NCBI GenBank assembly: GCA_050183505.1
Contig: JBFXBG010000002.1
Span: 13,881-77,880 of the forward strand
Direction: 5' to 3'
DNA: 64,000 bases
From: Gemmatimonadales bacterium
GTDB taxonomy: Bacteria > Gemmatimonadota > Gemmatimonadetes > Gemmatimonadales > GWC2-71-9
How positions within the stretch are numbered: position 1 is the stretch's first letter; each line of letters starts with the position of its first letter. The translations under genes were made by a program, and so were the position numbers. Below are positions 6,856 to 16,279 of this stretch, piece by piece. The notes under the pieces are model-generated. The model was given only the letters and a program-made list of their open reading frames with translations, did no database searches and was not told the DNA's origin.

Positions 6856-8962
6856 CCCTCCCCAGCACTTCCCGCACTTTCTTCCCGAATTCCTCGCTGG
6901 TCCACGGTTTCTGGATGAACGGCGCGTCCGGCAGGCCGGCCTGGCCGCCGGCGGACGCGTCTCCCCGGGAATAACCGCTGGTGAACAGGAATCGCGCTCG
7001 GCTCCCTTCGCTCTGAAGGGCCTCGTAGAGTGCGCGGCCCCCTACCCGAGGCATGATCACGTCGGAGATCACCAGATCGATCCGGTCCTGGTTGCGGCGG
7101 AAGAGATCCAGGGCTTCCTCGCCGTCCCGGGCCAGCAGGACCGTGTAGCCCAGGTGCTCCAGCAGCCGCCGAGCGGCCCGGCGGAGCGGTTCCTCATCCT
7201 CCACCAGCAGGATCGTCTCCCGGCCACGGACGAGGGCGGCCGGCGCGGCCCCGGCCCGGGCCGGCGGTACGGGTGCCACCATCGATTCGTCCCAGACCGG
7301 CAGGTAGATCGTGACCGCGGTGCCCTCGCCGGGTACGCTGTCGACTTCGATGGAGCCTTCATGCTGTTTGACCAGACCGTAGACCATCGCCATGCCGAGG
7401 CCGGTTCCTTCGGCCGGCGGTTTGGTGGTGAAGAAGGGCTCGAAGACCCGGGCCCGGACATCCTCGCTCATCCCAAGCCCGGTGTCACGGATCTCGAGCC
7501 GGACGTAGTCGCCCTCGGTGATCCAGGGCTGGGCCGCGCTCCTGGCCAGATGCTGCCGCCGGCCGGACATGACCAGCAGCCCGGTACCCTGCATCGCGTC
7601 CCGGGCGTTGGTGGCGAGGTTCAGGATGATCTGTTCCAGGGCGAGGGTGTCTCCGCGGATGAGCAGCGGCTCCGCCGGCAGTTCAAGTCGCACCTCCACG
7701 CCCGCCGGAAGCAGCCGGCGGAGCGTGCCGCTCAGTTCTCGAAGGTGAACTCCCAGATCCACGGTCTGAAAGGTGAGTGTGGCGCTGCGGCTGAAACTCA
7801 GGAGCTTCCGGATCATCGCGGCGCCGCGGCGACAGGAGTTGCGCAGTTCCTCGATGTCCTCCTGGAGTTCTGTCCGGTCCGCCGGCAGCGCCTGGGCGAT
7901 CAGGTCCGCGTGGGCCAGAACCACGGTGAGGATGTTGTTCAGATCGTGGGCGATCCCCCCGGTGAGCTGCCCAACCGCCTCCATCTTCTGAACCTGGCGG
8001 AGATGGGTCTCGACGGCCCGGCGCTCGGTAACGTCCCGCAGAATCGCCTGCACAGTACCGTCCTCCAGCCCGGCGGAGGTCACCTCGACCGGAAGCACGT
8101 TCCCGTCCGCCCGGTGCAGCCGGAGCTCCACCAGCTGCAGCCGGTTGCTGCGCAGGTCGTCCATGCCGACCGACCGGGCGGGGTCTTCCCGGGTCAGCAG
8201 GCCGGTCAACGGTTGCCCCAGGATCGACGCCCGGTCCGCGCCCACCAGCCGGCAGGCCCGGGTATTCGCCTCCAGGATGGTGCCGTCGGCCCCGGCCACG
8301 AAGATCGGGTCCGAGGCCTCGGCCAGCAGGGTCCGGTACCGCCGCTCGGAAGCGGCCAGAATATCTCCCAGGTGCTGCCGCTCGGTGATATCGTGGATGA
8401 CACAGTACAGGCATGGCCGGCCGCCGATCCGGATCGGGGTCAGGTCCATGGCCACCTCGCGCTCCACGCCTGACGCCGTCCGCTGGCGCGTGACAAAGAA
8501 GCTGTGCCCCTCCGCCGCGGCCTGATCCCAGGCCCGGTCCGGCCCCTCCCCCTGCATCGTGTTGATCTCACCGATCGGCATGCCCACCAGTTTCGAATCC
8601 GGCCAGCCATAGAACGCAATCGCCGACGGATTCGCCTCCAGCACCCGGCCGCTCTCACGGTCTATGACCAGAATCGCGGCCGAGGAGTCCCGGAAGATCT
8701 GCTGGTAGCGTGATTCGCTCTCCTGCCGCGCCGCCTCCGATGACTGCACCACCCGCTGGCCGGCCCGCACCAGGCCGTAGACCAGCGAGGCGGTAACCAG
8801 GATGAACAGGAAGCCCTTCAGCGTCTGTTCGTGAGACAGCTGCTCGGCGGTGAGCTCGCCGTTCGACAGGATGAGCAGGAGACGATCCGAAAAGAAGATC
8901 CACGCCGCCCCACAGAACGCATAAATGACGGATATGCCGAAGGGCGTGAGCAGACGTCGCAT
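6851..8962 (-). CDS. PAS-domain hybrid sensor histidine kinase (2 TM, PAS x2, HisKA, HATPase, C-terminal receiver)
   Basis: H-box [16 protein letters not shown] boxes ([21 protein letters not shown]) and receiver ILLVEDEE...[10 protein letters not shown]. Start set at MRRLLTPFG (residue 85 of the ORF), which avoids overlap with the divergent gene. Confidence 0.85.
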   Translation of the reverse strand: MRRLLTPFGISVIYAFCGAAWIFFSDRLLLILSNGELTAEQLSHEQTLKGFLFILVTASLVYGLVRAGQRVVQSSEAARQESESRYQQIFRDSSAAILVIDRESGRVLEANPSAIAFYGWPDSKLVGMPIGEINTMQGEGPDRAWDQAAAEGHSFFVTRQRTASGVEREVAMDLTPIRIGGRPCLYCVIHDITERQHLGDILAASERRYRTLLAEASDPIFVAGADGTILEANTRACRLVGADRASILGQPLTGLLTREDPARSVGMDDLRSNRLQLVELRLHRADGNVLPVEVTSAGLEDGTVQAILRDVTERRAVETHLRQVQKMEAVGQLTGGIAHDLNNILTVVLAHADLIAQALPADRTELQEDIEELRNSCRRGAAMIRKLLSFSRSATLTFQTVDLGVHLRELSGTLRRLLPAGVEVRLELPAEPLLIRGDTLALEQIILNLATNARDAMQGTGLLVMSGRRQHLARSAAQPWITEGDYVRLEIRDTGLGMSEDVRARVFEPFFTTKPPAEGTGLGMAMVYGLVKQHEGSIEVDSVPGEGTAVTIYLPVWDESMVAPVPPARAGAAPAALVRGRETILLVEDEEPLRRAARRLLEHLGYTVLLARDGEEALDLFRRNQDRIDLVISDVIMPRVGGRALYEALQSEGSRARFLFTSGYSRGDASAGGQAGLPDAPFIQKPWTSEEFGKKVREVLGRE

Positions 8963-9194
8963 CGGGTGGGGATGTCCGGGGACGGGGGTGTGGGGGCGAC
9001 TGGAATGTACCCCACGGCCGGTGGCTGTCAAAAGACCCTCGGCCAAGGGCGTTCGACAATACCACCGGATTGCTCGAGCCACCATGAAGGAATCATGAGG
9101 GCCGCGCTCGCGTTTCCTGGATACGCCGGGCATCGGAATGGTTCCCAGATGCCGGCCGGACCGGCCTACCATGGCTCCCTCGTGAAGGGAGACC

Positions 9195-12100
9195 ATGACG
9201 CTCGACGACATCATCCGGTCGATCAGGACGCTGAAGGACGTGCCCCGGCTGTTTCAGGCACTGGGCGCCACCCCTCGATGGGAACCGGTACCGCCGTCCT
9301 TCTGGGGGGAGAATCGGGCGGCCCTGACAAGCCTCGACCGTACCGCGCTCATTGCCAGGACCGGCGCTCTCGACTGGTACGGCTGCGAAACCCGGGACCC
9401 GCCGGCCGTCTCCCGTATCCTCGCCCGGCGGCTGTTGCGCCACGGGATACCGGCGGGAGTGGTCTGCCTGGATCGTCGCCGGGGACAGCTCGCGTTATCG
9501 GTCGCGTTCACCGAGGCGCCCGTCCTGGCTCTTTCGCCGGGGGAAACGGACCGGGTCACCATCGCCCTGCTCCATCGTCTCGGCACGATCGCTCTCGGCG
9601 GGGCACTGGCCACCGCGGCAAGAGTAGCGGAGATCCTGGCCGGGGAAGGAGTGGGGAAGCGGTTCTTCCGGAGCTTTGGGCTCGCGCTCGATCGGATGAG
9701 CGATGGGATCACCGGCGTCCGCCGGCCGGCCGACCGGCGCCCTCTGGCCCTGCTGCAGCTCACCCGTGTCCTGTTCCTCTATTTCGTTCAGTCCAGAGGG
9801 TGGCTGGACGGGCAGACCGGTTTTCTCCGGGCCCGGCTCGACGATTGCCTGGCCCGCGGCCGCCGGGTTCACCGGGATCTGCTCCGACCGCTCTTCTTCG
9901 GGACGCTGAACCAGCCGGCGGGGGCACGCTCCCGGCTGGCCCGCTCATTCGGGCGCATCCCGTTTCTCAACGGAGGGCTGTTCGAACCGCACCGGTTGGA
10001 GCGCAGCTGGACGGGGAGCATCCCGAACCGGCTCTGGCGGGACGTCTTCGACGGACTGTTCGAACGCTTCGAGTTCACCGTGCGCGAAGGAATGCCCGGG
10101 CCCGCCATCGCGCCGGACATGCTCGGCCGGGTTTTTGAAGGCCTCATGCACGCCGGTGAGCGGCACCGTACCGGTACCTTCTACACGCCGCCGGCTCTGG
10201 TAGACACGCTCGTCGGCGCCGGCATCGCCGCGCTGGTTTCCTCCCGGGAGGAATGTTCCTTCGAGGCGGCTCGGGAACGGCTCGACCGGGCAGACCCTGG
10301 CCTCCTGCCATTGCTGCGTGCCATTACGGTCCTCGACCCGGCGGTCGGGTCCGGCGCGTTCCTGCTCGGCACCATGGAAACGCTGGTGGCACTGCGGCGG
10401 CGGATGGCGCCCGGGGAATCCGACCTTCGCCGGAGCATCCTGAGCCGCAACCTGTTCGGCGTGGATCTCAACCCCACGGCGGTCCAGCTCACCGAGCTTC
10501 GGCTCTGGCTCGCCGTCGTGAGTGATGATCCGGAAGATGTGGAGCAGGTGAGACCGCTCCCCAACCTGGACAGCCAGATCCGCCAGGGAGACTCGCTCCA
10601 CGATCCGCTCGGCGCGCTGGCCGGTCTCGTCCTCCGGCCCCAGCTCGCGGGGCCGGCGCTGGGGCGCCTGCGTCGCCGGTTTGCGACGGTCTCGGGCCGA
10701 GAGAAAGCCCGCACCGCGCACCGGCTGCGGGAGCTGGAACAGGCCGCAGTGCGGGAGTGTCTCGACCAGGTCGAGGCCGCGCTGGACCGTCGGATCCGGC
10801 AATGGCTCGCGGCGGCCCGGGATCCGGACCTCTTCGGCGACACCAGGAAACCGGATCGGGGCGCGCGGACCAGGCTTCGCGCGCTTCGGGAGTCCCGGCG
10901 GCAGGTGCGCGGCGCCCGCCGCCGGCTGCAGCGGGACGGAACGGTACCCTGGTTTCAGTACGAGGCCCACTTCGGAGAGATCTTCGCCGCCGGCGGATTC
11001 GAGCTGGTCACTGGCAACCCGCCCTGGGTCCGGGCTGAAGACCTCACGCCAGCGGAACGTGACCGCCTGGGCCGCAGATACGCCTGGTGGCGGACGGACC
11101 ACGGCCGGGGGTTCCGTCATCAGCCCGACCTGGCGATCGCGTTTCTCCAGCGTGCGACCGAACTCGCCGCCCCGGGCGGCGCGGTCGCGCTGCTGATGCC
11201 GGCCAAGCTGGCCACCGCCGGCTATGCCGCACCGGCCCGACGGGCGCTGGTCGCCGAGCACACGTTGCACGTCGCGGCCGACCTGACCCGGACCGGGGCG
11301 GCGCAGTTCCAGGCCACGGCCTATCCCATGGCCGTGGTGTCCTCCCGGAGAGCCCCTCACCGGCAGAACCGGGTCCGCACATCCCTGGATGAAGACCAGA
11401 GCACCCCGCAACGCCTGCTGACCCAGGGCCCCTGGATGCTCCGGGGCGACACACTCGCCCGGGCCCTGAGCCGGATGTCGGAGGGGCATGCCTGCGTGGG
11501 CGATCACTTCGGGATTCATCTCGGGATCAAGACCGGCGCCAATGACGTCTTCCTGGACCCGCCCGCCGGGATTGAACCGGACCTGATCCGGCCGGCGCTG
11601 CGGGGGCGCGACATCCGTCCGTTCGTCATCCGCCCGGGCAGCCGGATTCTCTGGACCCACGACGACCAGGGACTACCGCTGCGATCTCTGCCGCCCGCGG
11701 CCAGGGCCTACCTCACCTCCCGGCGCGGACGGCTGGAACGCCGTTCCGACCTGAACGGCGAAGCCTGGTGGACCCTCTTCCGGATCCCCGGCTCCACCCC
11801 GTCTCCCCGGGTGGTGTGGCGGGATCTTGCCGCGAGGCTGGAGGCGGCCGCGCTGCTTGGCCCGGACACCCGGCCGATCGTTCCGCTCAACACCTGTTAC
11901 GTGATCATCCTCGAGCAGGAAACCGTGGCGGCGCGGATCGCCGCCTGGCTCAACTGCACCTGGGTGCGGGCCGCCGCCATCGCGGGAGCGGATCCGGCCA
12001 GGGGTGGATATGCCCGCTTCAACGCAGCCGTTGTGGCCGCGCTTCCGCTCCCGGGCGGAGTGCTGGAAGACGACGCGCTCTCCGAGTTCTGCCGGAGTTC

Positions 12101-12239
12101 CGCGCCGCGAACACAGGACGACCTCGATGAACTCACCGCCCGCCACCTGGATCTCGACCCTCACTCCCGCCGCGCGCTGGCACGCGCGGGCCGGTCAGGT
12201 CCCGGTCATCGTCGCGGAAGCGCTCGAACGGGTGGATGA
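9195..12239 (+). CDS. gamma-class N6-adenine DNA methyltransferase, PglX/MmeI/Eco57I-like with TaqI-C-like specificity domain; no recognisable nuclease domain
   Basis: IPFLNGGLFE, HRTGTFYTPPALV, motif I ITVLDPAVGSGAFLLG, motif IV ELVTGNPPWVR and C-terminal GIKTGANDVFL. Confidence 0.85.
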   Translation: MTLDDIIRSIRTLKDVPRLFQALGATPRWEPVPPSFWGENRAALTSLDRTALIARTGALDWYGCETRDPPAVSRILARRLLRHGIPAGVVCLDRRRGQLALSVAFTEAPVLALSPGETDRVTIALLHRLGTIALGGALATAARVAEILAGEGVGKRFFRSFGLALDRMSDGITGVRRPADRRPLALLQLTRVLFLYFVQSRGWLDGQTGFLRARLDDCLARGRRVHRDLLRPLFFGTLNQPAGARSRLARSFGRIPFLNGGLFEPHRLERSWTGSIPNRLWRDVFDGLFERFEFTVREGMPGPAIAPDMLGRVFEGLMHAGERHRTGTFYTPPALVDTLVGAGIAALVSSREECSFEAARERLDRADPGLLPLLRAITVLDPAVGSGAFLLGTMETLVALRRRMAPGESDLRRSILSRNLFGVDLNPTAVQLTELRLWLAVVSDDPEDVEQVRPLPNLDSQIRQGDSLHDPLGALAGLVLRPQLAGPALGRLRRRFATVSGREKARTAHRLRELEQAAVRECLDQVEAALDRRIRQWLAAARDPDLFGDTRKPDRGARTRLRALRESRRQVRGARRRLQRDGTVPWFQYEAHFGEIFAAGGFELVTGNPPWVRAEDLTPAERDRLGRRYAWWRTDHGRGFRHQPDLAIAFLQRATELAAPGGAVALLMPAKLATAGYAAPARRALVAEHTLHVAADLTRTGAAQFQATAYPMAVVSSRRAPHRQNRVRTSLDEDQSTPQRLLTQGPWMLRGDTLARALSRMSEGHACVGDHFGIHLGIKTGANDVFLDPPAGIEPDLIRPALRGRDIRPFVIRPGSRILWTHDDQGLPLRSLPPAARAYLTSRRGRLERRSDLNGEAWWTLFRIPGSTPSPRVVWRDLAARLEAAALLGPDTRPIVPLNTCYVIILEQETVAARIAAWLNCTWVRAAAIAGADPARGGYARFNAAVVAALPLPGGVLEDDALSEFCRSSAPRTQDDLDELTARHLDLDPHSRRALARAGRSGPGHRRGSARTGG

Positions 12240-14391
12240 TCCGCTCGAGAGCTTTCTTTCAGGCTGGGAGGCGGCTCCGCCGGCGCGGACGGTGTGCGCC
12301 CTGGTTTCGGGCCTCCGGACCTGGGATCCAGTGGAACCGCCCGGCTGGCTCTACCCGCACCAGCGGCCGGCGTTCGCCAGGATCTGCGGGGTACTGGCGC
12401 GCCACGGTGGCTGCCTCCTGGCCGACCCGGTCGGGGCCGGCAAGACCTACACGGCGCTGGCCGTGGCGGCCCGGCACGTCGCTCATCCCGTTGCCGTCGT
12501 CCCCGCCATTCTGCGCGACCACTGGATCAGGACAGCCAGGAGCCTGGAGATCCCGCTCGAAGTCTGTTCCCACGAAACCGTAAGTCGCGGCCGGCTGCCC
12601 CGGTCCCTCCGCCGTGAGGGCACCCTGGTGATCATCGACGAGAGCCATCATTTCCGATCTCCCGGGACGCGCCGGTATCTGACCCTGGCGCCGGCACTGG
12701 CAGGCCACCCGGTGCTGTGCCTCACGGCAACGCCGATCGTCAACCGATTCCAGGACCTGGCATCTCAACTGCTGCTGGCGATCCGGGACGACGCCCTGCG
12801 GTTTCACGGTCTGCCGTCAATCCGGGAGCATTGCAACGGCACCCGACCGCATCCGGCCCTCGGAGATCTCATCGTCAGCTCTCCCGCCCCCACCGACAGG
12901 CCGGGGCACCGCACCCGGAGAACCCGCACCGGATGCGACGCCCGTGGGGCTGATCCGGTACTCGCCGGGATCGATTCCCTCTCGCTCTCCAGCCATCCCG
13001 CCGTGGCCGCTCTTGTCCGGGGCGTGCTCTGGCGCGCCTGGGCCTCGAGCCCGGCGGCCCTGGAGGCGGCGCTGGGGAGATACCTCGCTCTGCTGTACCA
13101 CGCGCGGGACGCAACCCGGGCCGGGCGCCGGCCCGGTCGGGCCGGACTGCGCCGTTTCATCGGAGAGGATTCGGGCCAGATGGTATTCTGGCAGCTGGTG
13201 GACCCGGGTGAGAACGACGGAGACCTGGTGCTGACCGATATCGGACGGGTGAGCCGTCTGCGGCGGCAGGTCCGTGCCATGACCGGCATGCCGGACGCAA
13301 AGTGCCGCCGGCTGGCCGGCATCGTCCGGCAGAACGGCCCGTCACTCGTCTTCTGCACGGCCCGGGAGACGGTCCGCTATCTGAGGCACCATCTGCCCGG
13401 GCGCGCCGCCTGGTGTACCGGGGACGCAGCCGGGATCGGCCCCCTCCGGCTGCCGAGGGAGCGGGTGCTGCGGTGGTTCTCTCCCACCGGGCGCGAAGCG
13501 GAACCCGACGCGCCCCTCGTCCTGGTGACAACCGATGTGAGCGCCGAGGGCCTCAACCTGCAGGCGGCGCGGCAGATCATTCACTACGATCTCCCCTGGA
13601 CCCCGATGCGCCTCGACCAGCGCGACGGCCGCGCGGTGCGGCTGGGCTCGATTCACCCGGAGGTTCTGATTCACCGGTTCGACCCTTCGGCGGCCCTGGA
13701 GGCCCGGCTCCGGCAGTGTACCCTGCTTCTGCGAAAGCGGCGCCTGCCGGCGCTGGCCGGCATCGGTGAGGACGCCCGGCGGATCTGGCGCTGGCGGGAT
13801 GAGCTCATCCAGCGCTGGGGAACGGAGGAATCGCCGCCGCGGCCGCCTGCCGCTACGGTGAACGGAGTCGAAGGACTGCTCGCCGGGTTCCGGCTGGAGA
13901 GCGACCTCGGCGTGCTCGCGACCTGGCTGGGAGGGATCGACCGGACCGGACGCTGGCGCGACGACGCCGGGTGGGTCGAGCCGTTCCTCATGCGGGCCGT
14001 GGCGGGCGCCGACCCGCAGCCGCCCCGACCCGAAACCGTGGCCTCCGCCATCCACCGGCTCGTGCCGGTGGTCCGGTCCGCCCTCCGGCAGATCCGGGCC
14101 GGGCAGTGGCGCCGGCCCCGGCAGACGGTCGAAACCGCCCGCCTGATCCACCGCCTCACCTCCCTGGCGCGCAGCGCCGCCCGCAACCGCGACGCCGACC
14201 GGCTCGAGGCCATCGAACGGGCGCTGGCCTTCACCCGCCGGGGGCACACCGCCGGTGAGCGCCAGCTCATTGCCGGCCTGGCCGCGAAGCCCGGACCGGA
14301 ACTCGTTTCCTGGCTTACCCGCTGCCCCGCTCCGCGGCCCGAACCGAGCGCCATCTGGCCGGTCCTGACCGGGCTTGTCATCGGTCTCTGA
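12127..14391 (+). CDS. SNF2/DEAD-like superfamily-2 helicase with a roughly 260-aa C-terminal extension
   Basis: LYPHQ, motif I LADPVGAGKTY, motif II LVIIDESHHF, motif III CLTATPIVN, and motifs V/VI LVTTDVSAEGLNLQ / QRDGRAVRLGS. Start uncertain: ATG 12127, or GTG 12232 overlapping the methyltransferase stop. Confidence 0.8.
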   Translation: MNSPPATWISTLTPAARWHARAGQVPVIVAEALERVDDPLESFLSGWEAAPPARTVCALVSGLRTWDPVEPPGWLYPHQRPAFARICGVLARHGGCLLADPVGAGKTYTALAVAARHVAHPVAVVPAILRDHWIRTARSLEIPLEVCSHETVSRGRLPRSLRREGTLVIIDESHHFRSPGTRRYLTLAPALAGHPVLCLTATPIVNRFQDLASQLLLAIRDDALRFHGLPSIREHCNGTRPHPALGDLIVSSPAPTDRPGHRTRRTRTGCDARGADPVLAGIDSLSLSSHPAVAALVRGVLWRAWASSPAALEAALGRYLALLYHARDATRAGRRPGRAGLRRFIGEDSGQMVFWQLVDPGENDGDLVLTDIGRVSRLRRQVRAMTGMPDAKCRRLAGIVRQNGPSLVFCTARETVRYLRHHLPGRAAWCTGDAAGIGPLRLPRERVLRWFSPTGREAEPDAPLVLVTTDVSAEGLNLQAARQIIHYDLPWTPMRLDQRDGRAVRLGSIHPEVLIHRFDPSAALEARLRQCTLLLRKRRLPALAGIGEDARRIWRWRDELIQRWGTEESPPRPPAATVNGVEGLLAGFRLESDLGVLATWLGGIDRTGRWRDDAGWVEPFLMRAVAGADPQPPRPETVASAIHRLVPVVRSALRQIRAGQWRRPRQTVETARLIHRLTSLARSAARNRDADRLEAIERALAFTRRGHTAGERQLIAGLAAKPGPELVSWLTRCPAPRPEPSAIWPVLTGLVIGL

Positions 14392-14489
14392 GCGGCCTCC
14401 GCCCGTGGTCCGGGCAGAATACCGTAACATGCTGATATGCAATGCTTTATACGCCCCAATCCGGGTTGCCTTGCCGGCCCCGGTGAGGC

Positions 14490-14516
14490 TCAAGCTTTGG
14501 GTGGGTCAACCGATAC
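14490..14516 (+). promoter_or_regulatory. candidate sigma28 (FliA) promoter of motA: TCAA-N15-ACCGATAC
   Basis: Resembles TAAA-N15-GCCGATAA. Lies 49 nt upstream of the motA ATG. The same motif occurs upstream of flgL, fliC and flgM. Confidence 0.45.
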
Positions 14517-14564
14517 TCTCCATATCCTCCAGCGTGCGGCGCTGGAAGCCAACCGGGAGAGGGG

Positions 14565-15440
14565 ATGATCGCACTAATCGGGTTGCTGGTTGTGGTCGGC
14601 TCGGTCATCGGCGGCTTTACGCTCGCCGGGGGCAAGGTCATGGCCTTGTTCCACCTGTCCGAGTTCATCGTGATCGGTGGTACCGCCGTCGGGACGGTCC
14701 TCATTTCCACGCCCGGGAGCGTGCTCAAGGCCATGACGGGGAAGCTCACCCGGGTGGCGAAGAGTTCACCCTTTCATAAGAGCCTGTACCTCGAAGCCCT
14801 GAAGCTGCTGTTCGAACTGTTCCAGGTGGCGCGGCGGGACGGGCTGGTGGCCATCGAAGCCCACATCGAGGCCCCCGGGAAGAGCGCCGTGTTCAAGAAG
14901 TACCCCGGCGTGCTGCATCAGCATCACGCGGTGACCTTTCTCTGCGACTCGCTCCGTCTGGTCCTGGTCGGCAGCGTACCGCCGTTCGATCTCGAGACGC
15001 TGATGGAAAACGAGATCGACGTGCATCACGAGCAGGAGGCGATGCCGGTCGCGACGCTGCAGAAAGTCGGCGACTCGCTCCCCGGCATCGGGATCGTGGC
15101 GGCGGTGCTCGGCATCGTGGTCACCATGAGTGCCATCGCCGGCCCGGTGGAGCAGGTGGGCGAACACGTGGCCGCCGCCCTCACCGGCACCTTCCTGGGC
15201 GTCCTCCTGGCCTACGGGTTTGCCAGTCCGCTCGCGACCAGCCTGGAGCACAGCAACACCGCCGAGACCCGTTTCTACCATTTCATCAAGGCGAGCGTGG
15301 TGGCGTTCGCCAAGGGCTTCTCCCCGCTGGTGGCCGTCGAATTCGCCCGTCGGTCGATCTTCACGGCCGACCGGCCGACGTTTGCGGAAATGGAGAGCGC
15401 GGTCAAGTCGCTGAAGGCCAAGCCGGGAGCGGCGGCATGA
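14565..15440 (+). CDS. motA: flagellar motor stator protein MotA
   Basis: 291 aa, four TM segments and a conserved C-terminal ExbB/MotA channel region. Followed by motB with an ATGA overlap. Confidence 0.9.
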   Translation: MIALIGLLVVVGSVIGGFTLAGGKVMALFHLSEFIVIGGTAVGTVLISTPGSVLKAMTGKLTRVAKSSPFHKSLYLEALKLLFELFQVARRDGLVAIEAHIEAPGKSAVFKKYPGVLHQHHAVTFLCDSLRLVLVGSVPPFDLETLMENEIDVHHEQEAMPVATLQKVGDSLPGIGIVAAVLGIVVTMSAIAGPVEQVGEHVAAALTGTFLGVLLAYGFASPLATSLEHSNTAETRFYHFIKASVVAFAKGFSPLVAVEFARRSIFTADRPTFAEMESAVKSLKAKPGAAA

Positions 15441-16279
15441 GCGTGAACAAGAACCGGGAAGTTCCGGTCCGGATCGTCGTCCGCCGCCGCCGCCATGCGC
15501 ACGCTCACCATGGCGGCGCGTGGAAGGTGGCCTTTGCCGACTTCATGACGGCCATGTTCGCCCTGTTCCTGGTTCTGTGGCTGGTGAACCAGAGTTCGGA
15601 CGTCAAATCGGCGATCGCCGGGTACTTCCAGGATCCGCTGGGCCGGGCGGACGAGTTCGGCAGTTCGATTCTGCCGGGCGAAGGGGCCCAGGCGGCCACC
15701 GTCCGCCCCATGCGTCCCTCGCAGGTGATCGACCTGCGCCGGGACCGACTCCGCCAGCTGGGAGACGAACTGCGGCACCAGCTCCGCGAGGTCCCGGAGT
15801 TCGCCGGGCTGGGAGAGAACATTGAAATCGAGCTCACCTCGGAGGGCCTCCGGATCCAGCTGCTGGAGGATTCCTCCGGCGTCTTCTTCGAGAGCGGCCG
15901 CGCGGCCCCGAGTGACCGCGGCCGGCGCATCCTCGCCCTGCTCGGAAACGATCTGGGCGGCCTGCCGTTCCCGGTGCTGGTCGAGGGGTACACCGACGCC
16001 CGCCCCTTCGCCGGCACCGGCGGCTATACCAACTGGGAACTGAGCGCCGACCGGGCCAATGCCGCCCGCCGGATCCTGACCGACCACGGGTTGCCCGACC
16101 GCCAGATCACCCAGATCCGGGGCTGGGCGGACCGCGAGCTGCGTGAGCCGGACGATCCCCTCTCCCCCCGCAACCGGCGGATCGCCATCACGGTGCTCCT
16201 GCCGCCGGCGCCGCTGGACAGCCTGTACGCCGGCCAGCCGGGCCGGGCGGTGCCGTTGATCAGTCCGGGGGGACCATGA
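15437..16279 (+). CDS. motB: flagellar motor stator protein MotB (OmpA-like C-terminus)
   Basis: WKVAFADFMTAMFALFLVLWLV (TM with the conserved Asp). OmpA-like VEGYTDARP...NWELSADRANAARR. Confidence 0.9.
   Translation: MSVNKNREVPVRIVVRRRRHAHAHHGGAWKVAFADFMTAMFALFLVLWLVNQSSDVKSAIAGYFQDPLGRADEFGSSILPGEGAQAATVRPMRPSQVIDLRRDRLRQLGDELRHQLREVPEFAGLGENIEIELTSEGLRIQLLEDSSGVFFESGRAAPSDRGRRILALLGNDLGGLPFPVLVEGYTDARPFAGTGGYTNWELSADRANAARRILTDHGLPDRQITQIRGWADRELREPDDPLSPRNRRIAITVLLPPAPLDSLYAGQPGRAVPLISPGGP

Noticed and set aside
8962-9214. Longer N-termini offered by the ORF track: kinase from 9214, GT2 from 5171, FlgF from 24696, FliA from 25861, FlgH from 22311, FliE from 43790, FliK from 38879, binding protein from 61381
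   Set aside because: The extensions are Arg/Pro/Gly-rich. They overlap neighbouring genes or promoters and precede internal ATGs that restore canonical N-termini (signal peptides, rod motifs, ATGA coupling).
12127-16279. Zorya-like reading: an SNF2-type helicase next to MotA/MotB homologues
   Set aside because: MotA here is 291 aa and lacks the long ZorA C-terminal tail. MotB has the canonical flagellar plug/TM and OmpA-like domain. motA has its own sigma28-type promoter of the same family as flgL, fliC and flgM. The pair sits at the edge of a complete flagellar regulon. The gene order and the presence of a methyltransferase also do not fit zorABCD. The adjacency is most simply coincidental.
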